Below, piece by piece: positions 1 through 9,931 of a stretch of 64,000 bases of DNA. Below the pieces are notes generated by a model. The model ran no database searches. It was not told where the DNA came from and saw only the letters and a program-made list of their open reading frames with translations. Positions within the stretch are counted from its first letter, which is position 1. Each line of letters opens with the position of its first letter. The stretch spans positions 224,001 through 288,000 of the forward strand of contig CAVSHF010000005.1 of the NCBI GenBank assembly GCA_963727805.1, written 5' to 3'. This stretch comes from an uncultured Nitrospiraceae bacterium (lineage in GTDB: Bacteria > Nitrospirota > Thermodesulfovibrionia > Thermodesulfovibrionales > Dissulfurispiraceae). Made by a program: the position numbers and the translations under genes.

Positions 1-2
1 CC

Positions 3-1067
3 GAGTGGCTCACGAAGAAATCATTCCGGATCGGTGAGGACATCGTTCATGAACCGCTCTATACGAACGAGGACGCGAGGGCCGTCATTGGGCTTTTCAA
101 GAAGAAAGGCTACGGCAAGATAGAACAGTTGGGAAAAGGCCTCAGATACCGTTTTGCCGACGCAGGGCACATACTTGGTTCTGGTTCCCTCGAGTTATGG
201 TATCGGGACAGCCCAGCCGAAAAGAAGATTGTCTTTTCAGGCGACATCGGGAAAAAGGATAACCCTATTATCAATAATCCGCAGCGCATCGAGAAGGCTG
301 ATTATGTGGTTATGGAATCGACTTACGGGAATCGTCTGCACAAGGGCATGAAGGAGAGTGTCGCCGAACTGACGGAAGCCATCAAGGTCACCTTCAAGCG
401 CGGCGGAAACGTAATCATCCCATCGTTCGCGGTGGGCCGAACTCAGGACGTCCTCTACATTCTGAACAAGCTTGTCCACCAGAGGCGCCTGCCATCTTTG
501 AGCATCTACGTCGACAGTCCTCTTGCTGAAGAGGCAACAAAAATTTACCTTGCCCACCCGGAAGTTTACGATAGAGAGGCCATCAAGATGTTGGAGGAGC
601 GAAATACCAATGGAATGAAGCTGCATTTCACCGAATCGGTTGCTGACTCCCAGAAAATCAACAGCATAAGATCAGGAGCTATCATCATCGCGGGCAGCGG
701 TATGTGCGAAGGTGGCAGAATACAGCACCATCTAAAACATAACCTCTGGAGGCCCGAATGCAGCATCGTATTTGTCGGCTTCCAGGCTGAAGGGACCCTC
801 GGCAGGGAAATCGTCGACGGCACCAAGACCGTCGCCGTCCTGGGCGAACCGATAGCAGTCCGTGCCAGCATTCACACCATCAACGGTTTCTCGGCCCACG
901 CTGACAAGAAAGAACTTCTGGATTGGCTCGGTGCCTTTACGAACAAGCCGGAAGTCTTCATCGTCCATGGAGAAGAGGACGTCTCGCTCGACTTTTCAGA
1001 AACCGTCCAAAAGGCCTTCGGCGTCACTACCCATGTCCCCCATATGGGCGATGCATTCGAGATTTGA
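3..1067 (+). CDS. MBL-fold metallo-hydrolase, beta-CASP RNA-processing family (5' end outside window)
   Basis: Frame open from the window edge (EWLTKKS...EPLYT); motifs AGHILGS, FSGDIG, ESTYGNR, AVGRTQ, SGMCEGGRI, FSAHAD, VHGE. Confidence 0.92.
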   Translation, partial: EWLTKKSFRIGEDIVHEPLYTNEDARAVIGLFKKKGYGKIEQLGKGLRYRFADAGHILGSGSLELWYRDSPAEKKIVFSGDIGKKDNPIINNPQRIEKADYVVMESTYGNRLHKGMKESVAELTEAIKVTFKRGGNVIIPSFAVGRTQDVLYILNKLVHQRRLPSLSIYVDSPLAEEATKIYLAHPEVYDREAIKMLEERNTNGMKLHFTESVADSQKINSIRSGAIIIAGSGMCEGGRIQHHLKHNLWRPECSIVFVGFQAEGTLGREIVDGTKTVAVLGEPIAVRASIHTINGFSAHADKKELLDWLGAFTNKPEVFIVHGEEDVSLDFSETVQKAFGVTTHVPHMGDAFEI

Positions 1068-1131
1068 CATACTACTTCATTCGATTATATGAAAGCAACG
1101 ATGCAACCCTCAAGTCACTTCTCATCAGAAA

Positions 1132-1614
1132 TCAGAGGATACCCAATATCACGGCTTCCATCCTTTCAAGGTTTACTATTGCCGCAGTAGGCTTTCCATA
1201 GAGCCATCCCGAGACCTCACCAGGGTTTATAATTAGTGTATGTTTGATCCGCCTCATGAGGGGTTCGTGAGTATGTCCGTAAACAATGAGATCGAAATGG
1301 CCGCTGTCGGCGAGTGCTTCGACTACATCAGGCTCATGCATTACGACAATCTTTCGATGATGCAGCTTGAATATGTGGGGCTGCGTAAATATCCTACCCT
1401 GAAACGTATTGCTTAGAAGGACCTTGTCGCCGTCATTGTTGCCGAAGATGCCAGTGAATCCTCCGGTAAAATGTTTCAGCACCCTGTAAGTAAATGGCGA
1501 GGTGTAATCTCCCGCGTGGATAATATGCTCTACTCCCTTTGCCTTAAATAAATCGAGGGCCTTTCCCAGATTATCCAAGTTGTCATGGGTATCCGAAATA
1601 ATGCCTATGATCAT
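1132..1614 (-). CDS. YfcE/MJ0936-family metallophosphoesterase
   Basis: SDTHDN, HAGD, GNND, GHTH and NPG motifs. Confidence 0.92.
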   Translation of the reverse strand: MIIGIISDTHDNLDNLGKALDLFKAKGVEHIIHAGDYTSPFTYRVLKHFTGGFTGIFGNNDGDKVLLSNTFQGRIFTQPHIFKLHHRKIVVMHEPDVVEALADSGHFDLIVYGHTHEPLMRRIKHTLIINPGEVSGWLYGKPTAAIVNLERMEAVILGIL

Positions 1615-1650
1615 GGGAACCCTCCTTGGGAGACGTTCACGAAGTTATTT

Positions 1651-2682
1651 TTATGCCACTAGCTTTCCCAACGGCAAATATGCCTTGGGGTTAAGTTCCA
1701 TGTCCACCTTCTCTCCGGTCATGCAATGATGATGTCCCGCAGCAGCGATCATTGCTGCGTTGTCGGTGCAGAGATGTCTTGATGGCAGAAACAGTTCTAT
1801 CTCCTTTTCGCCGGCTAGCCCCGCCATCCTTGATCGTAATGCGGCGTTTGCAGCAACTCCTCCGGAGATCGTCACCCTCTTGATGCCCGTTTTTACTGTG
1901 GCCCATTCCACCTTTCTCACAAGAACGTCCACTACTGCCGCTTGAAATGATGCAGCTATATCTTTTATGAATTCATCGCTCAAATGTTCTCTGTTCAACG
2001 TTCCCCTATTTGACTCTTGGATCTTATTCCTGACCGAGGTCTTAAGCCCGCTGAAACTAAAATCGAGCGACTCAGGAAGATAGGCCCTCGGGAAATTAAA
2101 GACTTTCCCATTTCCTACAGACGCGAGCTTATCTATTACTGGTCCTCCGGGATAGCCGAGACCCAGAAGCTTTGACACCTTGTCAAAGGCCTCTCCCGCT
2201 GCATCGTCCCTCGTCCTGCCAAGTTCATAGTATCTTCCGAATTCTTCGACAAGGTAGAGGCTCGTATGGCCTCCGGAAACCACTAAGGACAGAAAGGGGA
2301 ATGCAGGGCTTTTGTGTTCAAGAAAAGAAGAGAATATATGGCCTTCAAGGTGATTCACCGCAACAAGCGGTATCCTACGCGCATATGCGACTGCCTTTGC
2401 AAAACCGCATCCAACAAGAAGCGAGCCGATGAGTCCGGGCCCGTGGCAGACTGCTATAGCATCTATTTTATCAAGGAGAACTCCGGCTTGGACTAGCGCC
2501 TCATCGACAACCGGCCAGATCATTTCGATGTGTCTTCTCGATGCGAGTTCGGGTACAATGCCCCCGTATTTCATGTGGATCTCGGTCTGAGAGGATACGA
2601 TGTTCGAAAGTATGTCCCAGCCATCACATACAACAGCTGCTGACGTGTCGTCACAGGAAGTGTCAATACCAAGCAGATTCAT
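1651..2682 (-). CDS. tsaD: tRNA N6-threonylcarbamoyltransferase TsaD
   Basis: GIDTSCDDT, GGIVPELASRRH, NHLEGH, SGGHT, DDAAGEAFDK, CTDNAAMIA. Confidence 0.98.
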   Translation of the reverse strand: MNLLGIDTSCDDTSAAVVCDGWDILSNIVSSQTEIHMKYGGIVPELASRRHIEMIWPVVDEALVQAGVLLDKIDAIAVCHGPGLIGSLLVGCGFAKAVAYARRIPLVAVNHLEGHIFSSFLEHKSPAFPFLSLVVSGGHTSLYLVEEFGRYYELGRTRDDAAGEAFDKVSKLLGLGYPGGPVIDKLASVGNGKVFNFPRAYLPESLDFSFSGLKTSVRNKIQESNRGTLNREHLSDEFIKDIAASFQAAVVDVLVRKVEWATVKTGIKRVTISGGVAANAALRSRMAGLAGEKEIELFLPSRHLCTDNAAMIAAAGHHHCMTGEKVDMELNPKAYLPLGKLVA

Positions 2683-2823
2683 ATCAGCGTAGAAGCTCGA
2701 AAACTAGAAAGCAAGAAAGTTCAGAACCGTGGTGAAGCATCAAAACCAAACTTAATAAATAATTTCTCTGCTTATTTTCTGCACTTATGCCGTTCCTAAC
2801 TCTCGTTCTTCCTATATTCCTCA

Positions 2824-3912
2824 CTATTGCATGCTGCCATACGAATGGAGTCCGCTCAAGAGCAGGTTGACTCCGAGATACGTGAATATAGTGCTGACGA
2901 ACCCTATGACCGCCAGGATCGCTATCTTCTTGCCCCTCCAGCCACGTATATGGCGGGCATGGATATAGAAGGCATAGACGAACCATGTGATAAGCGACCA
3001 GGTCTCCTTCGGGTCCCAGCTCCAGTACTTGCCCCAGGCCTGGTCTGCCCAGATAGCGCCGAAAATAAGGCCTCCCAAGGTGAAGATCGGAAATCCGATC
3101 GCGATAGTCTTGTAAGTAAGATCGTCAAGCACATCGGAGGTTAAAGAGAAGGAAATGATCAGCTTCTTAAGCAGATATCCGTACCTCCATACAAGGAAAA
3201 TAATAATGGCAAGCGCTGCACTGCTGATCGCTACTATCACGCCAGAGCCACTGCGAAAGGTGGCCTTGAAGAGATAATTCTGGATGAAAGCCTCCGGCGA
3301 CTTGGCTGTTATCCTTAACGAGATTACATCTATGCCCATAGCTATCAGGGAAGTCCCAAAGATGGCAAGGGTTACCGTCCAGAAAAAATAGGAGAGGCTC
3401 TTTCGGTCATCAGCAGTCACGGCGAGATACATGATCGCCGTAGCAAAGGATATGGCGAACGCAGCATACGCAATAAAGCTCATCGTCACATGAGCGAGAA
3501 GCCAGTTGCTCTGTAGAGCAGGTACGAGGGGCTGGATCTCCGCCGATATTCCGCCAATGCTTATGAAGGCAAGTGTCATTCCCGCAAGCGGCGTAACAAA
3601 CGCCCCAAAGGAGCGAGTTTTGTATTTCCATTCGATGACAAGGTAGCCCAGTATCAGGCACCAAACAAAGAATACAAGTGATTCATAGAGGTTCGTAAGC
3701 GGGACCGATCTCAGAAAGCCGAGTTGGCCGATGGTAGAGAATTCCTTCCAGCGCATGCCGAACGCTATAGTCTGAGATATAAAGCCAATGACCGTCGCGG
3801 TGGTTGCAATAATTCCTATCGTCGACTTCCTAAACGCAATGTAAACTATGTAGGCGACCATAGCCAGGATATATGCAATTGTGGCAACGCCGAAAAAAAA
3901 GGAACTGTCCAT
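2824..3912 (-). CDS. Cytochrome c biogenesis system II protein CcsA/ResC (CcsB in some naming schemes)
   Basis: WWD domain WADQAWGKYWSWDPKETW, C-terminal GLHSYG, multiple TM helices, follows resB. Confidence 0.95.
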   Translation of the reverse strand: MDSSFFFGVATIAYILAMVAYIVYIAFRKSTIGIIATTATVIGFISQTIAFGMRWKEFSTIGQLGFLRSVPLTNLYESLVFFVWCLILGYLVIEWKYKTRSFGAFVTPLAGMTLAFISIGGISAEIQPLVPALQSNWLLAHVTMSFIAYAAFAISFATAIMYLAVTADDRKSLSYFFWTVTLAIFGTSLIAMGIDVISLRITAKSPEAFIQNYLFKATFRSGSGVIVAISSAALAIIIFLVWRYGYLLKKLIISFSLTSDVLDDLTYKTIAIGFPIFTLGGLIFGAIWADQAWGKYWSWDPKETWSLITWFVYAFYIHARHIRGWRGKKIAILAVIGFVSTIFTYLGVNLLLSGLHSYGSMQ

Positions 3913-3940
3913 AAAAATCCTCCGTTACTCTTTACAGAAT

Positions 3941-5368
3941 CTAAGGCTTCTCTTCCAGATGTTTGACAAGCCTCTCGAGTGTCCGATCAAAGGCAATCCT
4001 GTTTTTATTGATGGATGAGCCGATAGTGAGCCTAGTCGCGCTTTTTTCTTCTGTGAGCCTTATCCATATCCTCGCATGGCTCATAAAAAACGCAGCATAC
4101 AGTCCTAACGCCATGATTATGCAACCCAGGTAAACAATCCAAACCCCAGGGTCCTTTCTGACCTGTAGTCCCGTGTATTGAACTCCCCAGAGGTTTTTGA
4201 GTTCGATAACACCCACTGGGGATTTCCAAGTTTCCGGATATCGTTCCAGTATCCACTGTCTAAATTTAGGCTTTCCGCCTTCCGAAATTTCGACAAAAAC
4301 CGCAGGATTAATCATCGCTTCTGCGAAGGTAAAGAGTTTTCCCGATTCGTCAACAGCCAGTGCGGGACTGAAGTCAACTACCATACCGACAAGGCTGGTG
4401 CCTTCAATGGTGAAAGGCTGGTTAAATTTTGCAGCAACAGCCTGGCCCTTTCCGTTTGTGGGGGTGATGACGAACTTGAAAATAGCATTCTTATTTGGTG
4501 AAAAGCCGTAACTCGATTGATAAAACGTGATGCCCTTATAGGTGAGAGGTGTATTGACTTCGATCTCCTTCTTCAACACCTCATGTCCCTGTTCGAGAAC
4601 GGTGAGCATGCTTTTATACGATTTGGGACTGTTGGAATTCGGATAAAATGCAACCTCAAAATCATCACACCGTATTTCGAAGCCCAGAGGAATCTCCTGC
4701 CCAGCTCCTTTGTAAGCAACGGCGGAAGACGTGCCTTCCAGAAGGTTCAGATTACCGTTGAAGCCCAACTTCATGCCTACGACAGCACCGATCAGGATGA
4801 GGAGTATGCTCAAATGGGTAACATAAACACCAAGCCTACTGTATCGCCCCTTTTCTGCGCAGATCTGTGTCTTTCCCTCTGCTAGCCGAGCAATGCCCCT
4901 GAATCCAATTTTTTTTAGGCCTTCATTCGCTTTCTGCTCCGCTTTATCAATTTGACACTTAATAACAATTTCTCGTTTGGAGGTCATGGAATTTAACCGT
5001 TCCTCGCTCAAGGGCTTGACCGGTTCTTTAACAATCTTCCATATCTTCGGAAGACGGTCAATCGAACAGATGACAAGATTTGCCGCGAAGATGAATAGCA
5101 GGGCCATGAACCACCATGAGCTGAACATGTCGGTAAAGCCCATGGAATCGAGTACCTTGAATACCGAGGGCGCTGTCGCATCGCCGAAGAATTTCGTCAG
5201 CAGCTTTATGTTGCGCTCAGGCTCGGCCTGCTGTTCAATGATCGTGCCGACAATGGAGGTAACTGAAATAATCATGAAAATGACAACAGCTAGGGATACG
5301 GAAGTAAAGAGACGCCACACCCTATCAACAATGCCCTGTTTCCCTTGTTCTTTTCGTTTAGCTTCCAA
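3941..5368 (-). CDS. resB: Cytochrome c biogenesis system II protein ResB/Ccs1
   Basis: SIVGTIIEQ, FSSWWF, HLSILLIL, VNTPLTYKG, TGLQVRKDPG. Confidence 0.95.
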   Translation of the reverse strand: MEAKRKEQGKQGIVDRVWRLFTSVSLAVVIFMIISVTSIVGTIIEQQAEPERNIKLLTKFFGDATAPSVFKVLDSMGFTDMFSSWWFMALLFIFAANLVICSIDRLPKIWKIVKEPVKPLSEERLNSMTSKREIVIKCQIDKAEQKANEGLKKIGFRGIARLAEGKTQICAEKGRYSRLGVYVTHLSILLILIGAVVGMKLGFNGNLNLLEGTSSAVAYKGAGQEIPLGFEIRCDDFEVAFYPNSNSPKSYKSMLTVLEQGHEVLKKEIEVNTPLTYKGITFYQSSYGFSPNKNAIFKFVITPTNGKGQAVAAKFNQPFTIEGTSLVGMVVDFSPALAVDESGKLFTFAEAMINPAVFVEISEGGKPKFRQWILERYPETWKSPVGVIELKNLWGVQYTGLQVRKDPGVWIVYLGCIIMALGLYAAFFMSHARIWIRLTEEKSATRLTIGSSINKNRIAFDRTLERLVKHLEEKP

Positions 5369-5537
5369 TATGCACTCCTTTACATCCGGAGATTATCGTG
5401 ATGATTTTTTATTATAGATGATATTCATCAATTTCTTGTGAATGCCTTCTATAATATTAGACTTTAATGTTAACAAAATCCGTCCTAATGTTCAACACGT
5501 GTAAAATTTATAGCGGGTGCCTTTCCGGCCAACAGAG

Positions 5538-7403
5538 CTACGAAATCTTTTCTGACCGGAGAGTTTCAGCAGCATGACCGTTAACGGGAATGGTAGCTTC
5601 AACAAGAGATCCTTTCTCTGGCTTGCTGTCTATCGAGATCCCGCCTCCCATCAATCGGGCAAAGTCCCTGCCAATGCAAAGGTCGAGGTATTGAGAGGGA
5701 TAGCTCTCGTCTCTCATTATCCCTTGGATAGCCTCTGCATCCATTCCCCTGCCAGTGTCAGAGACAGAAAGTTCCATGTATTCCGTGCCGTCTCTGACGA
5801 CGAAATTCGCTAGAAGAGTTATCGTCCCAAGCTTGGTCAGTCTTAATGCGTTCCGAAGGAGCGCTGAGCCGAGTCTTTTTATTAATCTCCTGTCGGTAAA
5901 AAGCGTCCTTGCCATCGCGCCTTCAGGACATTCCACTATAAGTTCTATTTCTTTTCCGCCAATGAGACTGCAGAGGGCTTCCTCGACTTCCTTCAGAATG
6001 TCGCAGAGAGTGCATTCCTTTTGCGATAGTTTACTTGCCCCGTCCCTCAACTTCATCAGAGCAACGAGGTCATCAAGCGTCATAACGAGTCCCCTTATTT
6101 CAGTCGTAGCATCAGTAACATCTTTTTCAGATCCAGCGATTCCCTTCATAGAACCACTTGGGCCATCAAGACTTTTCGCGATTTCCTCGAGCCGTGCTCT
6201 CACCTCGACAGTGAATATTTCAGTCAGTGATGGCTTTGGCCGGGTCACGTCTGGGGCACTGGTTGAGCCCCCGAGGGGTGACCATTTTTTACTCAAGACG
6301 ACAATCATCTGAGAAAAACTTTCTGCAAGTATCTGCAGTTCTCCGGTATACCCCTTTCTAAGATTGACTGCGCGCAGGTCACCATTGGAAATCGACTGTG
6401 TTGCTTTTACAAGCCTCACCAAGGGCTTTTCGATGAGTCTCGGCGCAATAAACACACTCTGCACCAGTATCGCAACCACAATCAGACATGCGAATGAAAG
6501 ATAAACTGCCAGCAGTGGCTTGAGAGGCTTCGCGGCCTCAGCCGAATCGAGCGTGGCTATCAAACTTAATTGTTCATTTTTCAGCGTTGAGACAGAATAA
6601 TACAGGCCTTCCCGGTAATCAACGCCATCAAGACTAGCTGGCCGGACATTATACCGCACCGTGCCGACATCGGTCATATCCTTTGCCGCCACAACACTGC
6701 CTGATCCGTCTATAATCGATACCTTTCCTGTTTCATAAAAGCCCTTCTCCACCCTTAAACAGGCTGCGAGATCCGCAGGGTTCGGTTGAGCAATAATTCT
6801 TGCCGGTATCTCTCGTTCTCCTTTAATTAGGACGGGTGCTACAAAAAGGAGACCATCGGTGCTTGCTGTCGGACTAACCTTGCCCGCTACGACGTCAGCG
6901 TTCCCGAGGCCCTTGCTGAAGATTTTTTTATTCGGCCATTCCCGGCCAATCAATTCGCCATTAGTGCTCCAGATAACCGTCCCTTCCTCCGATAGAAATG
7001 AAATCACCCTAAACTGGCTGTAATTTTCTAAATATTTGGCAAGCCGCTGTCCAGCCTCTGCGCCGGCATCCGCGACCCTCTTTTCCCCCTTCGCCTTCTC
7101 TGCAATGTCACCGGTCCCTTCCCGTGTCGCCTGACCCTCAATGATCTGCTGCAGGTTAACAGCCACTGTACCGCTTTTGGCGATCTCATCAAGGGCCTTC
7201 TTGCTGACATCCAACCATAATTCGACAGAGTTCTTCTTGTCCGAAAGCATGGTTACCAGTTGCGCAGCATGGAAGTCTTTTAGCACGTGGGTAGCACCGG
7301 AGAAATAAAACCATATGCCGATGCCGAAATAAGCCACTAGTATGAGGAGGACCGGTATGACGAAGAGCCAAGTATTGAGTTTCGTGATAAAATTAAGTTT
7401 CAT
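5538..7403 (-). CDS. Membrane sensor-kinase-like protein (periplasmic domain, HAMP, degenerate HisKA, HATPase-like); probable pseudokinase
   Basis: Two TM helices, HAMP (PLVRLVKATQSISNGDL), N box LLRNAL, G1 box VSDTGRGM; H-box His and G2 box missing; start at ATG 7403 overlaps the upstream gene. Confidence 0.8.
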   Translation of the reverse strand: MKLNFITKLNTWLFVIPVLLILVAYFGIGIWFYFSGATHVLKDFHAAQLVTMLSDKKNSVELWLDVSKKALDEIAKSGTVAVNLQQIIEGQATREGTGDIAEKAKGEKRVADAGAEAGQRLAKYLENYSQFRVISFLSEEGTVIWSTNGELIGREWPNKKIFSKGLGNADVVAGKVSPTASTDGLLFVAPVLIKGEREIPARIIAQPNPADLAACLRVEKGFYETGKVSIIDGSGSVVAAKDMTDVGTVRYNVRPASLDGVDYREGLYYSVSTLKNEQLSLIATLDSAEAAKPLKPLLAVYLSFACLIVVAILVQSVFIAPRLIEKPLVRLVKATQSISNGDLRAVNLRKGYTGELQILAESFSQMIVVLSKKWSPLGGSTSAPDVTRPKPSLTEIFTVEVRARLEEIAKSLDGPSGSMKGIAGSEKDVTDATTEIRGLVMTLDDLVALMKLRDGASKLSQKECTLCDILKEVEEALCSLIGGKEIELIVECPEGAMARTLFTDRRLIKRLGSALLRNALRLTKLGTITLLANFVVRDGTEYMELSVSDTGRGMDAEAIQGIMRDESYPSQYLDLCIGRDFARLMGGGISIDSKPEKGSLVEATIPVNGHAAETLRSEKIS

Positions 7404-8313
7404 GGGTCCTGATTCCATCCGGCATATGGGAGAGCATCACCTTGTTTCTTCCCGTCGCCTTGGCCTCATAGAGTGCATGGTCGGCCCGTATAATAAGGCT
7501 GTCGGGGAGAGGATCAGAATTGCCATCTGTCGATGATACACCGATGCTGATAGTAACAGACAGCTTGGTCCTATCCTCCTCGCAAAAGAAATCGTTTTCC
7601 TGCACAGCGACCCTTAATTTTTCAGCTACCGTTATGGCCTCCTCGGGACCCGTATTGGCAAGCAAAACAACAAACTCCTCGCCTCCATACCGGGCCACAA
7701 CGTCATGAGCCCTCAACGTGATAATAAGTATCTTTGAGAGCTGTCTAAGGACCTCGTCGCCGCAGCTGTGCCCGTAAGTGTCATTGATTTTCTTAAAGTG
7801 ATCGATATCAAGAATAATGAACGACATCGGTTCGCCGTACCGGCCTGCCCATGCCAGTTCTTCACCGAGCCGCTCCATGAAAAATTTACGGTTATAAAGG
7901 CCGGTTAGGTAGTCCCGCACAAGAAGTTTTTCAAATTCCTTCATTTTCTCGCACACATACCCGATGTTCCGAATCCTCGCAATGACCTCTTCTCTAAAAA
8001 AAGGCATTGAAATATAATCATAGGCCCCAAAAGAGTAACACTTTGCCATCTTATGGACCGACTTTCCCGCAGTTATGATAATAACCGGAATGTCCCTTGT
8101 TGAGGGTGCTGACTTGAGCTTTGTAAGGATATCGAGTGAGGATGGTTTTGCAAGACTTATATCGAGCATGACCATCTCGGGTGTTTCGTGATAAATGGCA
8201 TCGATGATCTTACTGCTTTCTTCTATGGTCACGCAATTGTGACCTTCCTCCTGAAGGATACTTCGCAGTTCCATTGCCGCATTTACGGCTTTGGTGGCGA
8301 CCATAATTTTCAT
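7393..8313 (-). CDS. Receiver-GGDEF diguanylate cyclase with atypical receiver
   Basis: DYLTGLYNR, DIDHFKKINDTYGH, I-site RAHD, GGEEF; N-terminal REC fold. Confidence 0.93.
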   Translation of the reverse strand: MKIMVATKAVNAAMELRSILQEEGHNCVTIEESSKIIDAIYHETPEMVMLDISLAKPSSLDILTKLKSAPSTRDIPVIIITAGKSVHKMAKCYSFGAYDYISMPFFREEVIARIRNIGYVCEKMKEFEKLLVRDYLTGLYNRKFFMERLGEELAWAGRYGEPMSFIILDIDHFKKINDTYGHSCGDEVLRQLSKILIITLRAHDVVARYGGEEFVVLLANTGPEEAITVAEKLRVAVQENDFFCEEDRTKLSVTISIGVSSTDGNSDPLPDSLIIRADHALYEAKATGRNKVMLSHMPDGIRTHET

Positions 8314-8345
8314 GTTCCTATAATATACAACAATTCCGCACTATT

Positions 8346-9845
8346 TCATACCCGTTTTTTTGCCAGCTTATTCAATGTGTTCACAAGGGCCTCCGCCTTT
8401 TTTAGGGTCTCATAATACTCCCTTTCAGGGTCAGAGTCGGCTACAATGCCAGCACCTGCCTGTATATAGGCGCGTCCCTGCTTGACAACAAAGGTCCGAA
8501 TGATGATATTTAAGTCCATATTCCCCGAAAAGCCGATGTACCCTAGTGACCCCGTATAGGGTCCTCTTCGGACCGGTTCGAGTTCATCTATGATCTCCAT
8601 GCACCGGACCTTGGGAACACCAGTGATCGTGCCGCCGGGAAATGAAGCTCTTACAACATCGAGGCAGGTCATGCCTTCATTGATAAGACCCCTGACGTTC
8701 GACACGATATGTATGACGTGGGAATAGTCCTCGGTTATCATCAACTCGTCGACGATCACACTACCATATCGCGAGACCCGACCGATATCGTTTCTTTCAA
8801 GGTCGATGAGCATGATATGTTCGGCTCTCTCCTTTTCGTTCAGGAGAAGTTCCGCGCGCATCAAGAAATCTTCATCACAGTCCTTTCCCCTTGGCCGAGT
8901 GCCTGCTATGGGCCTTGTTTCGACGACATGTCCTTTTACCTCAATCAGCCTTTCCGGCGATGAGCTGACGATCTGGTAGTCGCCGAAGTCCGCATAGGCT
9001 GCAAAAGGGGAGGGATTTACCTCGCGGAGAACCTCATAGATCGGCCATGGATCATCGCCCCCAACTTCCGCAGAGATCCTTTGCGAAAGATTCGCCTGAA
9101 AGATATCTCCAGCAGCAATGTATGCCTTAGCCCTACTGACCATATCCATGTACTGATTTTTCGACATTTCATAAGTGACGGGAAGAGCACCATTCATCGA
9201 CTTTTGAACATTACCTACCTTTTGGGGATAGAGGATTCTACCCCTGCTTATTGCCTCCAGAGAATCATCATATGCCTGCGCCCAGTCGATGTTGCTTATT
9301 TCACCATAGCCGAGCCCGGCAAAGCGTGCTCCCGGGGCACAGATGATCCATGCCTTCCTCAAGAGATGATCAAATGCATAGACAGTATCGAAAAAAAGAA
9401 AATGAACATCTGGAATTTGAAGATCATCACGGGCATGAGTCGGGAGTTGCTCGATATATCGCGCAAAGTCGTAGCTCAATAGCCCGACAGCGCCGCCCTG
9501 GAATGGCGGCAGTCCGGGAATCATCTTTTGAGGATAGACTTCAAGGAGTTCATTTAATCGCTCAAAAGGTTTTCTAAAAGAAAGTGTCTTGCGTCCAGTT
9601 GAAGTATCCTCGATCTCCACTTCACTGTCTTTAAGTCTGAAGATGAGATAGGGATTGGCAGCGATAAAAGAATATTGGGCGATCTTCATCGACCCCTTAG
9701 CGCTGTCTAGGAAGATGGTGTTTTTTCGATCATGAATGGAACGGTAAAACAGGATCGGATCCACATAGGGGACCTCCCTGCAAAGAGGCGGTATCCGCCC
9801 ATGCCCGACCTCCTCGAGGAACTCTTGCTTAGCCAGATTAATCAT
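8346..9845 (-). CDS. Chorismate-binding enzyme: aminodeoxychorismate synthase component I (PabB-like) or TrpE family
   Basis: GDIFQANLS, SSSPERL, PIAGTRPRG, EHIMLIDLERNDIG, FPGGTITGVPK; proximity to folP favours pabB. Confidence 0.85.
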   Translation of the reverse strand: MINLAKQEFLEEVGHGRIPPLCREVPYVDPILFYRSIHDRKNTIFLDSAKGSMKIAQYSFIAANPYLIFRLKDSEVEIEDTSTGRKTLSFRKPFERLNELLEVYPQKMIPGLPPFQGGAVGLLSYDFARYIEQLPTHARDDLQIPDVHFLFFDTVYAFDHLLRKAWIICAPGARFAGLGYGEISNIDWAQAYDDSLEAISRGRILYPQKVGNVQKSMNGALPVTYEMSKNQYMDMVSRAKAYIAAGDIFQANLSQRISAEVGGDDPWPIYEVLREVNPSPFAAYADFGDYQIVSSSPERLIEVKGHVVETRPIAGTRPRGKDCDEDFLMRAELLLNEKERAEHIMLIDLERNDIGRVSRYGSVIVDELMITEDYSHVIHIVSNVRGLINEGMTCLDVVRASFPGGTITGVPKVRCMEIIDELEPVRRGPYTGSLGYIGFSGNMDLNIIIRTFVVKQGRAYIQAGAGIVADSDPEREYYETLKKAEALVNTLNKLAKKRV

Positions 9846-9931
9846 CGTATTGATGTGTGGACATAACGCTATACATTTTCAAAGCCGGTACACTACTATA
9901 TTACACTATGACTGTTACGTGGAGGGCAATA

